From NCBI GenBank assembly GCA_019310425.1, contig JAFDEI010000003.1, positions 9,221 to 73,220 of the forward strand: a DNA stretch of 64,000 bases, read 5' to 3'. The stretch comes from Deltaproteobacteria bacterium (GTDB taxonomy: Bacteria; Myxococcota_A; UBA9160; SMWR01). Under the pieces are notes generated by a model. It ran no database searches. It was not told the DNA's origin and saw nothing but the letters and a program-made list of their open reading frames with translations. Numbering within the stretch: the first letter of the stretch is position 1; each line of letters opens with the position of its first letter. Positions 8,832 to 18,053 of the stretch are shown one piece after another. The position numbers and the translations under genes are program-made.

Positions 8832-9179
8832 TCACAGCTCGACGAAGACCCTCCCGTCGCGCAGAGTCAGCGGATAGGTCTGCAGGGTGGCCTCGCCCAT
8901 GCCGCTGGCCATCCACGCCTTCTTGTCGCGCTGGCCGCTGCGCACGTCGTAGCGCGAACCGTGCAGCCGACACTGGATGTGAGTGCCGTCGAATTTGCCG
9001 ACACTCAACGGCACCTTCATGTGGGGGCAGGTATTGCGCACGGCGAACACCTCATCGCCGGCACGCAGCAACAAGACTCTGGTACCGGCGAGCTTGGCGA
9101 CCTTCTTCCCGCCATCGGCGATATCGTCGAGGGCGCATACATCATATTCCATGGTCATCTCCGTAGTTGATCGAGCCAT
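8832..9179 (-). CDS. Rieske [2Fe-2S] ferredoxin-like protein
   Basis: The cluster motif is CPH-X16-CRLH (CPHMKVPLSVGKFDGTHIQCRLHG). The real start is probably the third ATG (MEYDVCALDDI, at 9152), which has GGAG 6 nt upstream and would give about 106 aa. Confidence 0.8.
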   Translation of the reverse strand: MARSTTEMTMEYDVCALDDIADGGKKVAKLAGTRVLLLRAGDEVFAVRNTCPHMKVPLSVGKFDGTHIQCRLHGSRYDVRSGQRDKKAWMASGMGEATLQTYPLTLRDGRVFVEL

Positions 9180-9398
9180 AATCAGGCCTGTGTCAGAATC
9201 TGTGGCTCACGCCGGGCCTTCTCCCTCAGCTCCCGACTGTTCTCTTCTTGCAGCGCAGAGAGGATAGGGAATAGAAGCTGCGAAGTTCCACGTCTGACAG
9301 CTCAGAATTGCGGTAAGCAGCGAGTCGGGCCAGGGCCGAGGGCTCGCCCTACGGAGACGAAATCCTCCCGGATTTCGCAGGGGTCGTGCCAGCATCGC

Positions 9399-10352
9399 TC
9401 AGAGCAAGCGCGCGATCGCTCGGCCAAAGACGGGCCCGATGATGTGGCGCATGAGTGCGGACACGGGTGCCGGAAGCTGGCGGCCCAGGTCCCGGGTGTA
9501 GTCGTCCAGGGTCTTCTGCTGAAATTCAAGCAGAGCCTGCGACTCCCGAGTGTCGTACCAATCGAGAGCGAAGGGCTCTCGGCTGAATCTTTCAGCAGGC
9601 GGCAGGGGCAGACCGAATGCCTTCAGCATCGCGCCTACCATTTCCCGGTAGTACATCTGCTGGCTCGAGCCACCGCCGACGATCAAGGTCCGGCCCTTGA
9701 TCGTCTGGAAGCGCTTGACCGAATTGAGGATGGCGAGCGCCGCATCATCGGGATGACAGAACTCGATCCGGTTCTCGAGCGGGACCATGAACATCTGGCG
9801 ACTGATGGCATCGCGACTGACCTTCGAATAGGGGGTCGCGGTCAAGCGCAAGATCGCATAGTCGATGCCCGACTCTGCAATCACCCGCTCGGCTCTCAGC
9901 TTGCTCTCCGCGTAGACGGAGGCGGGGCGACACGGGCTCCGGTCTGCGTGCAGGCAGGCCCCTGGCTCCGGGGTCGGACCAAAGACCGCCACCGAAGAGA
10001 TGAAGACAAAGGGGATCGGCCTCTCGGCATGCTTGATTGCATCCAGCAGGATCCGTGTGCCGTCGACGTTGACGCTTGCGGCGAGCGTCGGCTGTTCCTC
10101 GCTCACAGGCTCGACCACCGCGGCCATATGGACCACGGCGTCGACGCATTGGATCGCGCGCTGGATCGACTCCGGCCGGGTGATGTCACCCTGCAGAAAC
10201 TCCACGTCGGGGCCCAGCTTCTCTCCCGGGCTGTTGTGAACCAGCAAGCGGAGTCTGAAACCATCCGAAAGGAACTTTCGACAGACCCCGGGCCCCAAGT
10301 GGCCCGTCCCACCGGTAACCAACACCCTCATCGGACTCGAGTCCGAGCCCAT
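9399..10352 (-). CDS. NAD-dependent epimerase/dehydratase (extended SDR)
   Basis: Rossmann motif MRVLVTGGTGHLG and catalytic YAESK. The start ATG abuts the ALDH stop (TGAATG at 10350-10355). Confidence 0.85.
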   Translation of the reverse strand: MGSDSSPMRVLVTGGTGHLGPGVCRKFLSDGFRLRLLVHNSPGEKLGPDVEFLQGDITRPESIQRAIQCVDAVVHMAAVVEPVSEEQPTLAASVNVDGTRILLDAIKHAERPIPFVFISSVAVFGPTPEPGACLHADRSPCRPASVYAESKLRAERVIAESGIDYAILRLTATPYSKVSRDAISRQMFMVPLENRIEFCHPDDAALAILNSVKRFQTIKGRTLIVGGGSSQQMYYREMVGAMLKAFGLPLPPAERFSREPFALDWYDTRESQALLEFQQKTLDDYTRDLGRQLPAPVSALMRHIIGPVFGRAIARLL

Positions 10353-11861
10353 TCAGCGCCCGAACATCCAAGCGATCAGCTTCTCGAATTGCAGTGCGCG
10401 CTTGGGGTGATAGGGGAACCAGGCGCCTTCACGCCGTCTGTTCCGCCGCTCGATCATGATCGACTGCTTGACGCAAAACTGGAGGAACCCCTCTGCTCCA
10501 CCGTGGCGAGTCCCCACCCCACTCTGCTTCACGCCGCCAAAGGGCAAGGAGGGAACGCCGGCACTCAGTACGCAGTCATTGACGCACGCGTTGCCCGTCG
10601 CGAGGCGCTGTGCGAGTTCGATGCCCCGCGCGATATCCCGGGTCCAGACACTGGCATTGAGACCAAAGTCACTGTCGTTGGCCAACCGCAGCGCCTCCTC
10701 GGCGTCCTCTACCACCATCAAGCCGAGCATGGGGCCGAAGGTCTCCTCGGTCATGATCCGCATCGAATGGTCGACTCCCGCGACCAGGGTGGGCTGGTAG
10801 AAATCGCCGCCGGCATCGACCTGCGCACGCCGCCCGCCCAGGACCACTTCGGCTCCCTTCTTCTGCGCGTCCTCCACCTGGGCTTCGATGATCTCGAGCT
10901 GGCGAGGACCCGTAAAGGGTCCGAGGTCGATATCGGCGTGCGGTCCATTGGGCCCGACGCGCAGTCGACGCATCTGCTCTACCAGCGCGCTCCGAAAGGC
11001 CTCGGCAACGGGCTCCTCTACATAGACGCGCTCGACCGACATGCACACCTGCCCCGTCATGAAACACGATCCCCAAGCAGCGGCCCGTGCGGCCCGCTCG
11101 ATATCGGCATCCCGGAGCACGATCATCGGGTCCTTGCCACCCAATTCGAGGAGCACCGGCGTAAGCCGCTCGCTTGCCTGCCGCATCACGCGTCGCCCCG
11201 TGCCCGGCGAACCCGTCAAGGCAATCATGTCGACCTGATCCACGAGGGCGGCACCTGTCTCCCCTGCCCCGATCACCACCTGGAGCACACCCTCCGGTAG
11301 TACCTGATTGAGTGCCTCCACAGCGCGCTTGACGGCGAGGGGTGTGATCTCCGAGGGCTTGATGATCACCGCATTGCCCGCGAGAAGTGCCGGAATCGCA
11401 TCGCCCAGGGTCAGGGTAAGCGGTGCATTCCAGGGGCCGATCACGCCCACCAGGCCGTGTGGCTTCATGAAGATGCGGCCCTGCTTGCCAAAGAGAGGGC
11501 GGGTGTTGACCCGCCGGGTCCTGAGCCACCAGGGTACGCGCCTGGCGAGGTAGCCGATATCCATGCAGACGGACATCAGCTCGCCCACCACATCGAAGCG
11601 CGGCTTACCCGTTTCGCGCTCCAGCGCTTCCAGGATTTCCGTACGAGCCGCCACCAGCGACTTGCGAGCGCGTTTCATCAATGCGACGCGCTGGCGGGGA
11701 GGCACGGCTGCCCAGCTCTTCTGCGCATTCCTCGCCGCAGCCGCGGCTCGCTCCACCGCCGCAGCATCGTCGATCGGCAGCTCCACGATCAGTTCCGCGG
11801 TCGACTTGTCGCTGACCGCAATGCTGGTCGCCGCGGTTTCATCTACATCGTGATGCAACAT
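10353..11861 (-). CDS. Aldehyde dehydrogenase family protein
   Basis: 502 aa. Motifs are FTGSPGTGRRV, LELGGKDP, the catalytic Cys region GQVCMSVERVYV, and EETFGP. Confidence 0.9.
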   Translation of the reverse strand: MLHHDVDETAATSIAVSDKSTAELIVELPIDDAAAVERAAAAARNAQKSWAAVPPRQRVALMKRARKSLVAARTEILEALERETGKPRFDVVGELMSVCMDIGYLARRVPWWLRTRRVNTRPLFGKQGRIFMKPHGLVGVIGPWNAPLTLTLGDAIPALLAGNAVIIKPSEITPLAVKRAVEALNQVLPEGVLQVVIGAGETGAALVDQVDMIALTGSPGTGRRVMRQASERLTPVLLELGGKDPMIVLRDADIERAARAAAWGSCFMTGQVCMSVERVYVEEPVAEAFRSALVEQMRRLRVGPNGPHADIDLGPFTGPRQLEIIEAQVEDAQKKGAEVVLGGRRAQVDAGGDFYQPTLVAGVDHSMRIMTEETFGPMLGLMVVEDAEEALRLANDSDFGLNASVWTRDIARGIELAQRLATGNACVNDCVLSAGVPSLPFGGVKQSGVGTRHGGAEGFLQFCVKQSIMIERRNRRREGAWFPYHPKRALQFEKLIAWMFGR

Positions 11862-11898
11862 CGGACCTTCCCCCTCCGGGCCGCGCTTCAGATCCGGG

Positions 11899-12976
11899 CT
11901 AGAGATAGTCGATTACGGATCGGATGACCTCGCCCGCCTCCATGGCGCGGAAGCCCTCGTTGATCTCTTCGAGTTTGAGTCGGCGGGTGATCATCCCTTC
12001 CAGGTCCAGCTTGCCCGCCTTCCACAATCGCAGTAGGCGGGGGAAGTCCACGCGCACGTTGGCACTACCATACATGGAGCCCAGTAGTTTCTTTTCCGAG
12101 AAGAATAGCTCGAAGGCATTGAAGGAGATCTCCTGGTCGACACCACCCATGCCCACGACGACAGCCGTGCCGCCGCGTCGGACCGCATCGTAGCCGGCGC
12201 GAATCGTCTGGGGATGACCGACACACTCGAGGGTGTAATCGAAGCCCTCGCCACCAGTGATTTCGAGCTTCGCCTGGTCGAGGTCGTCCATCATCGCGCT
12301 GTGGGTGGCACCGAAGCGTTTGGCCAATTCCAGCTTGGAAGCCACCGAATCCACGGCCACGATCTCGGCGGCGCCCGCGATGCGAGCGCCCTGGATCGCG
12401 GCCACGCCGATGCCCCCACAACCAATCACGCACACCGAAGAGCCGGGCGTGATGCGCGCCGTGTTGATCGCGGCACCGACGCCCGTCATCACGCCGCAGC
12501 CGATGAGGGATACGACATCCAGTGGGATCTCGTCATCCACCTTGATCAACGCGTTCTCGGGAACGATCATCTCCTCGGCAAAGCTGCCGCAACCCGACAA
12601 CCCGGTCATCTGCTGATCTCCCAGCTTGAATCGAGGCGTGATCGCCATGGAGACCATCGTCTCGCACAAGTTGGATTGACCGCGCAGGCAGGCCTTGCAC
12701 TTGCGGCAGGCAGGAGTGAAAGAGACGATCACATGGTCGCCGGCCGTGAGTTCGCCGACATTCGTCCCTACCTCGAGCACGATACCAGCCGCTTCGTGAC
12801 CCAGAATGCAGGGAATGGGGGTGGGGGTGATCCCTTTCTGGGCCGATAGATCCGAGCGACAGATACCACTCGATACTACTTGAATATGTACATCGTCGGA
12901 AGCCAGATCCAGCAGCTCGACGTCGTCGCGGACCTCGAGCGCCCGACCGTGTTCCCAGAGTACTGCGGCCTTCAAC
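11899..12976 (-). CDS. Zinc-dependent alcohol dehydrogenase (MDR family)
   Basis: The motif region is GICRSDL...GHEAAGIV...CRKCKACLRGQSNLC...VIGCGGIGVAAIQGA. There is no ATG, so I chose TTG at 12974-12976 (M-KAAVLWEHG). It is preceded by GGGGAGG and overlaps the upstream stop (TTGA). The 108 upstream codons in the track ORF overlap the neighbouring gene. Confidence 0.85.
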
Positions 12977-13823
12977 TCATCACCTCCCCGGCTTCCGGCC
13001 CCGAGGACGGCGAGGGCAACGCCCGCTTGAGCAGCGTCCCGACCCCCACCACATAGCCCGCCGCAATAAGCAGCGTCGAGATGAGGATGCCGACCAGCGG
13101 GGTATCGGACGGCACGTGATCGGAACCCATCAGATAGAAGAGCACACCGATCATGAAGAGGTACTGGCCGAAATCGGCCATCAGGCAGAGCAATGGCTGG
13201 AACGGCAAGCGATAGGCACCGCGCATCTCTTCGCTGGACCGAATCGTGAAACGCTCGATCTGCTGATTCACCGCCACGATCGCGAAGCTCGTAAACAGCC
13301 AACCTCCGTAGTTGCTCAAGGGGACATCGAAGTGAATGCCGGGGGGATCGTAGTGGTACAGGCTGCCGAGCCCCCAGTACTCGCCCAGGTGGGTCACCGG
13401 ATCGAGGACCAGGTCCATCCAGGTGATGATCGCAGTGGCGAGCAGCAGAACGGGAACGGAAATGGCGACCTCGCGATTCTCGATGCGCTCGAGGCCCCGC
13501 TCACCAAATCGCATTCCGGAGAGGAGCGTGTAGGCGATCGAGTAGCCGAGATAAGTGAGACAGGCGAAGCTCAGTGATGCGAAGAGGGGGACACCGCCGA
13601 TCCAGAGCTCTTCGGGAAAGAGGGCTTCGTGGTAGACGTAGTCGCCGAAGGGAAATCCGTTGCGCGTGCTGGAGAACTCCACGAGCCAACCAATCAAGGT
13701 GCCGGTGACGAACCAGATACCCGCGCGCCGAAAGCCCCGCTCAGCTCCGGCGATGACCCAGAACGCGACAACCAGGGCCACCACATAGGGCCTGTACTCG
13801 AACATGGCGATGACATAGTCCAC
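12972..13823 (-). CDS. Polytopic membrane protein, CruF / DUF422 (carotenoid 1,2-hydratase-like) family candidate
   Basis: 283 aa with several hydrophobic helices. The motif STRNGFPFGDYVYHE...GGVPL matches my memory of the DUF422/Caroten_synth family. GTG start follows GGAGAGGAGAGAAGG. The family assignment is from memory only. Confidence 0.55.
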   Translation of the reverse strand: MDYVIAMFEYRPYVVALVVAFWVIAGAERGFRRAGIWFVTGTLIGWLVEFSSTRNGFPFGDYVYHEALFPEELWIGGVPLFASLSFACLTYLGYSIAYTLLSGMRFGERGLERIENREVAISVPVLLLATAIITWMDLVLDPVTHLGEYWGLGSLYHYDPPGIHFDVPLSNYGGWLFTSFAIVAVNQQIERFTIRSSEEMRGAYRLPFQPLLCLMADFGQYLFMIGVLFYLMGSDHVPSDTPLVGILISTLLIAAGYVVGVGTLLKRALPSPSSGPEAGEVMS

Positions 13824-13838
13824 CCTTCTCTCCTCTCC

Positions 13839-15095
13839 TCACGAATCAGCGCATAAGTCGAAGCGCTCCCGGTAGAACCGGAAACGTTCGTGGAGTTCCT
13901 CGGGATCCAGACCGAGGTCTTCAAACTCGTAGGCGACGCGCCCGTGCCGGTCCCGGGTATGGGATGCCAGGTGAACGTGGATGGCCTCGCGAGAGGGTTC
14001 GTCGAGGTCCACTGCTGCGAACGCGAGCACCCGTTCGACGGTCTGCATTGGATCCTTGACGAACTCATCGAAGCGAATATCGAGTACCTGCCCAGGCGGC
14101 AGACGATCCGCCTGTTCGAGAGAGTCACGCAACATCTGTTCCAGACGGTCGACCCACGAGCGAGCCTCCGCCACAAAATCGAGATTGCGGAAGCAGATCC
14201 TCTGTGCGTACGTGACCATCGTCACCAGCGAGAGTACGGCGCGCACGGGGTCGCGGTGAGTGCGCACGATCCGGGCGTCCGGAAAGGCCGACGTGAGCGC
14301 ACCGAACTGGTCCAGGTGTTGTGGTGATTTGAGCACCCAGCGGCCGTGACCCCTCGCATCTTGAAGAACCTGAAGGACCCGTCGCAGGTAGCGGTAACCC
14401 TCCGAGTGCTCGCTCGAAATGTACCAGGGCCGGTAGGTCGGCAGCCTGAAGCTGCCTTCGAAGAAGAACGACCGGAAATTCATCGCACTGAGCTGGAGCT
14501 CTTCGTGCGGAAGATCGACGTCGATTTCGTGCATCATCCGAAAGAGCGGCATCAGATAGTCGATCATCCGCACGCGCATGGCGTTGCTCTGGCGGCGCAG
14601 ATCGGGCAGAGGCAGTCGCCGACCCGGGACGGGCAGGGGATTGACACTTTCCCACATCGGCAGAAAACGCAGCGAGGAGGCCCGCGACAGCAGATTGTGA
14701 AGATGCGTGGTGCCGGTCCTCGGAAGCCCCACGATGACGATTGGCGCCGGAACCTCGAGAGAGTGGATCGCCGGCTTCCGCTTGAGCCGATCTTCGACGG
14801 CGAGGCGCCCGGTCAGAAGCTGCGAGAAGATGCTGCGCGCAGTGAGGCGCCCGAGCGGTGAGAGATGGTCGTCGGCCTCGAGGTCGTCGAGGATCATCCT
14901 CATCGGTTCGCGAAACCCCTCATCTCCGAAGTCCCGCAGGCCGGTGCGCCTGCACGCGGACTTCAGCAGTGAAGCTTCGTCCAGGGGGAGCAGCCGCGCG
15001 GCAAGCGGGTCCGGGAGGGTGTTGAAGAGCCGTGCGGGCAGGGGCAGCCGGGGGCAATCCCAATCCTCGATGTGCTGGACCCGTCCGACCGGCAT
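13839..15095 (-). CDS. Sulfotransferase family protein
   Basis: The PAPS 5-prime phosphosulfate loop is VGLPRTGTTHLHNLLS and the 3-prime phosphate motif is RIVRTHRDPVRAVLS. The ATG overlaps the upstream stop (ATGA at 15093-15097). Confidence 0.8.
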   Translation of the reverse strand: MPVGRVQHIEDWDCPRLPLPARLFNTLPDPLAARLLPLDEASLLKSACRRTGLRDFGDEGFREPMRMILDDLEADDHLSPLGRLTARSIFSQLLTGRLAVEDRLKRKPAIHSLEVPAPIVIVGLPRTGTTHLHNLLSRASSLRFLPMWESVNPLPVPGRRLPLPDLRRQSNAMRVRMIDYLMPLFRMMHEIDVDLPHEELQLSAMNFRSFFFEGSFRLPTYRPWYISSEHSEGYRYLRRVLQVLQDARGHGRWVLKSPQHLDQFGALTSAFPDARIVRTHRDPVRAVLSLVTMVTYAQRICFRNLDFVAEARSWVDRLEQMLRDSLEQADRLPPGQVLDIRFDEFVKDPMQTVERVLAFAAVDLDEPSREAIHVHLASHTRDRHGRVAYEFEDLGLDPEELHERFRFYRERFDLCADS

Positions 15096-17218
15096 CAGCG
15101 TTTCCCGCTCGCCAATGGGGCCGGCGAAGAGGATCCGGTTTCGAACGCCCCGTCTCGCATCATCACCAGGCCGAAGATGGTGGTCGTGTAGGCGGCCCCA
15201 CTGTCCGGATGCAGAAAGAGCGCGCCCTGCCAGTTATTGAAGCCGTGACCCAGGCCGGTGTGTTTGCGGTAGACCGTCTCGCCGCTGCGGAAGTCGATCG
15301 CGGTGAAGTACCAACCCGTCGCGGTTTCGGAATCGTCGGCCAGATACATATACGCGAGCCCGTTCCCGAGAGAGAGCTTGACTACCCCGATGCTCTTCTC
15401 GTCACTCGCCCAGACCTCCCGGCAGAGGAAGCCCCCGTCCTCACGCCTCTTGGCGTCGACCCGGGTGAGGCCAGGCACCGCATGAGGCCGGGGAAATGAA
15501 TGGGGGCCCCAGTTGTTCTCGACGAGTATGGAGTACGAGCCCTGGCCGCGACCGGCTTCATCGGCGTGCTCGAAGGCAGACACGCTGAGATCGGTGCCGC
15601 TCTTGCCTTCGGGAAAGACCGGTACGCTGCACACCTTTTCTCCGTCCGAACGCCGGAAGGACTGCACGTGGATTCGAGGCTCCGCGTTGTCGGTGATGAC
15701 GACGAGACCATCGAGGCCGCCGGCAAGCGTCACCGACGATCCGGAACCCCGCGTGATATGCCCCGGCTTGATTCCGGGTCCGCGGTCGTAGGGCGCGCGC
15801 CAGGCCGCGACGATGCTTCCGTCTTCGGCCCTGTTGAAGCGGTAGAGCGCGCGATCGGAGATGATGAAGATGCCCTCCTCGCCGACCGCGAAGGAGTTCT
15901 CGATGCTTTCACCTGCGAGGCGATGGGTTTGGATCTCGCCCGATTCGACCTCGACACTACCCACCATCCCCTCGAGGGTGGCGAACCAGTAGCGCTCCCC
16001 GCCCCAATCGGGCAGTACCCACGCCACACTGTCCTGGCGGGGCCAGTGCATCGGCACCACATGCTGCGAGAGATCGTACGTGCGCACCCACTCGAACCCC
16101 CTGCTGGAGCCGGGAGCGGGGGCTTGAACCACCTCGATGGTATTCCGGGTCGTGGGTACGACGGCACGGTCTCGCTCGTCGAGGTAGAAGTACATCCCCG
16201 CACCGATGTACTTCCAGGGCAGAACGCCCTGGAGTGGAAAATACCAGGGACGGGACGGGAGGTCGTAGGATGCCAGCTCCTGCAGTGTGTCGGGGTCCAT
16301 CAGCTCGATCTGGAAACCTCGCCCATTGCTGTAGACCCCGACGATCCGTCCCCATCGGTCGAAGGCAATCGTGCCATAGCCCCCAAAACCCTGTGTTCGC
16401 GTCACTACCTGGGGGTCGAGACCCAGAGGCCCGCTCGCCGCATAGGCATCGCTCACGTAAGCGTCGTTGTGCATGTTGTTGCCGCCCACCGCCATGAAGG
16501 GGTGATCCGGAATCGCGACGTGGTCGATGGCGGTCGCGTAGGTACTCGGGTGAAAGCGGGTGAAGTCGCCGTACTGAGGCTGGCTAGCGCCCTCGCCCTT
16601 GATTCTCGTCGACCACCACAGTGAAAATCCTTCGTGGGGGAGCAGCATGCACTGGGCGATGGGCTCGAGCGATCCGGCCCGGGTCGGCTGCTGCTCGCGG
16701 CAGGTCCCCACCGCAAGCCACACGGCAACAGCTGCGGAAAGTCCCGCGAGTGCGATCGCAATCGCCCCCCAAGCCAGCGTGCGCCTCAGGCGAGACCGTC
16801 CGTGCTTCGGTTCCTCGTTCCCATCGGTTCGACTCCGCCAGCCCCAGACGAAGAATGAAGGCGGAGCCATCAGCATGGTCGGGATCGTGGAGTGCAAGGG
16901 CTCGGGGGTCCCTTTGAGGCTGTGGAGCGCAAAGGTGAGACCGATGGCGATGCTGGAAGGGATGACGACGGCGAGCGCCAGGGCCAGGCTGCGCACAGTG
17001 ACCTTGGTCGCCAGGTTCTCGCACAGCCGCACGATGAAACCCGCCACGAAGAAGGTGTACGTGGCCTGTTTCAATGCCGCCGGAAGCGCCGGCAGGGCGC
17101 CGTGCGAGAGATTGATCATCCAGACGACGAAACTGAGAATGATGGCGGCCATCCAGGCCGTGCGGTAGTCGATGTAATTTGCGCCGAAGTCCCTGAGCTT
17201 TACCAGGCGCTGCATCAT
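15095..17218 (-). CDS. Membrane-anchored protein of unknown function (N-terminal multi-TM region plus a ~520-aa extracytoplasmic domain)
   Basis: I chose the start at MMQRLVKL (17218). The N-terminal ~190 aa has about 5 hydrophobic segments. The rest is Gly/Trp/Tyr-rich (GGNNMHNDAYVSDAY, GFGGYGTIAFDRWGRIVGVYSNGRGF), which suggests a beta-rich fold. I recognise no family. Confidence 0.6.
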   Translation of the reverse strand: MMQRLVKLRDFGANYIDYRTAWMAAIILSFVVWMINLSHGALPALPAALKQATYTFFVAGFIVRLCENLATKVTVRSLALALAVVIPSSIAIGLTFALHSLKGTPEPLHSTIPTMLMAPPSFFVWGWRSRTDGNEEPKHGRSRLRRTLAWGAIAIALAGLSAAVAVWLAVGTCREQQPTRAGSLEPIAQCMLLPHEGFSLWWSTRIKGEGASQPQYGDFTRFHPSTYATAIDHVAIPDHPFMAVGGNNMHNDAYVSDAYAASGPLGLDPQVVTRTQGFGGYGTIAFDRWGRIVGVYSNGRGFQIELMDPDTLQELASYDLPSRPWYFPLQGVLPWKYIGAGMYFYLDERDRAVVPTTRNTIEVVQAPAPGSSRGFEWVRTYDLSQHVVPMHWPRQDSVAWVLPDWGGERYWFATLEGMVGSVEVESGEIQTHRLAGESIENSFAVGEEGIFIISDRALYRFNRAEDGSIVAAWRAPYDRGPGIKPGHITRGSGSSVTLAGGLDGLVVITDNAEPRIHVQSFRRSDGEKVCSVPVFPEGKSGTDLSVSAFEHADEAGRGQGSYSILVENNWGPHSFPRPHAVPGLTRVDAKRREDGGFLCREVWASDEKSIGVVKLSLGNGLAYMYLADDSETATGWYFTAIDFRSGETVYRKHTGLGHGFNNWQGALFLHPDSGAAYTTTIFGLVMMRDGAFETGSSSPAPLASGKR

Positions 17219-17288
17219 GTGTGCTCCAGAGCCTTCCATCCGATCGACTCTCCTGCGGGCATCCTGCACACCATCTTTGGCCAAGCCC

Positions 17289-17936
17289 CTAGGCTCGCTC
17301 CCCAGCCGGGAGCCCAAGCAAGCTGCGAAGGATCGACAGGACCTCGCGACGGTGGGCTTCGAGCTGTTCTGACGTCGGCAGCCCGGCAGCCTCCGAGCGT
17401 GCGAAGATCGGCATGGCGGCCACCCGGAAGATCGTCGCTCCCGCCAGGGTGCTGGCGAGTTGCAACGGGTCGCGCATCACGGGTCGCAGCAGACCGGCAC
17501 GCTCTCCCTCCGCGAGCAGATCTCCCAGAATCTCGAGGAAAGGGCTGGCGAGAGCACCGGCGTCCGAATGGCTCTCGAAGGGCGCCTCGGATGCCAGCCG
17601 CAGCACGAGGTGCGCAAAGGCGGGGCGCTCGGAGAGAAAATCGACGAGCGCAGTCAGACCGGCTTCGAGCTGCTCCGGGAGTGAGACGGGCCGCGAGAAC
17701 TCGTGCTGAAGCCGCACCATCAAGTCCGCGGCCAGACGCTCCAACGTCGCGGCGCAGAGCTCCCGCTTGTCCTTGAAGTAGTAGAAGATGGCCGCACGCT
17801 TGACCCCGACCTGTTCGGCGATGTCGTCGAGACGCGTGGCGGAAAAGCCCACCGAAGCAAAGCACGCCTCTGCTGCATCCAGAATCTCTGCTCGGGTCTC
17901 AGCGGCCGGCCGTTTCGCTCGAAGCTGTGTCTGCAT
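17289..17936 (-). CDS. TetR/AcrR family transcriptional regulator
   Basis: The N-terminal HTH is RAEILDAAEACFASVGFSATRLDDIAEQVGVKRAAIFYYFKDKRELC. Confidence 0.9.
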   Translation of the reverse strand: MQTQLRAKRPAAETRAEILDAAEACFASVGFSATRLDDIAEQVGVKRAAIFYYFKDKRELCAATLERLAADLMVRLQHEFSRPVSLPEQLEAGLTALVDFLSERPAFAHLVLRLASEAPFESHSDAGALASPFLEILGDLLAEGERAGLLRPVMRDPLQLASTLAGATIFRVAAMPIFARSEAAGLPTSEQLEAHRREVLSILRSLLGLPAGERA

Positions 17937-18053
17937 TCTGTTACCAACTTGCAGACAGTAAGTAATCTGGCCTACCTACCATTGTCAAGCCTGCGTAACA
18001 GTGCTGACACGGGATGCGAAACCCGGATGTACACGGGGCGGAGGGCGGAAGGA

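Noticed and set aside
9359-9376. Hairpin GAAATCC-tccc-GGATTTC, 23 nt downstream of the epimerase stop on the minus strand, considered as an intrinsic terminator ending the 7-gene operon.
   Set aside because: On the transcribed strand it is not followed by a U-tract, the stem is only 7 bp and AT-rich. It may be a processing or stability element, but a terminator call is not supported.
17947-17963. Imperfect palindrome ACTTGCAGACAGTAAGT in the TetR / molybdoenzyme divergent region, considered as a TetR operator.
   Set aside because: Only 12/17 positions are self-complementary, essentially ACTT-N9-AAGT. This is too weak to call without comparative or binding data.
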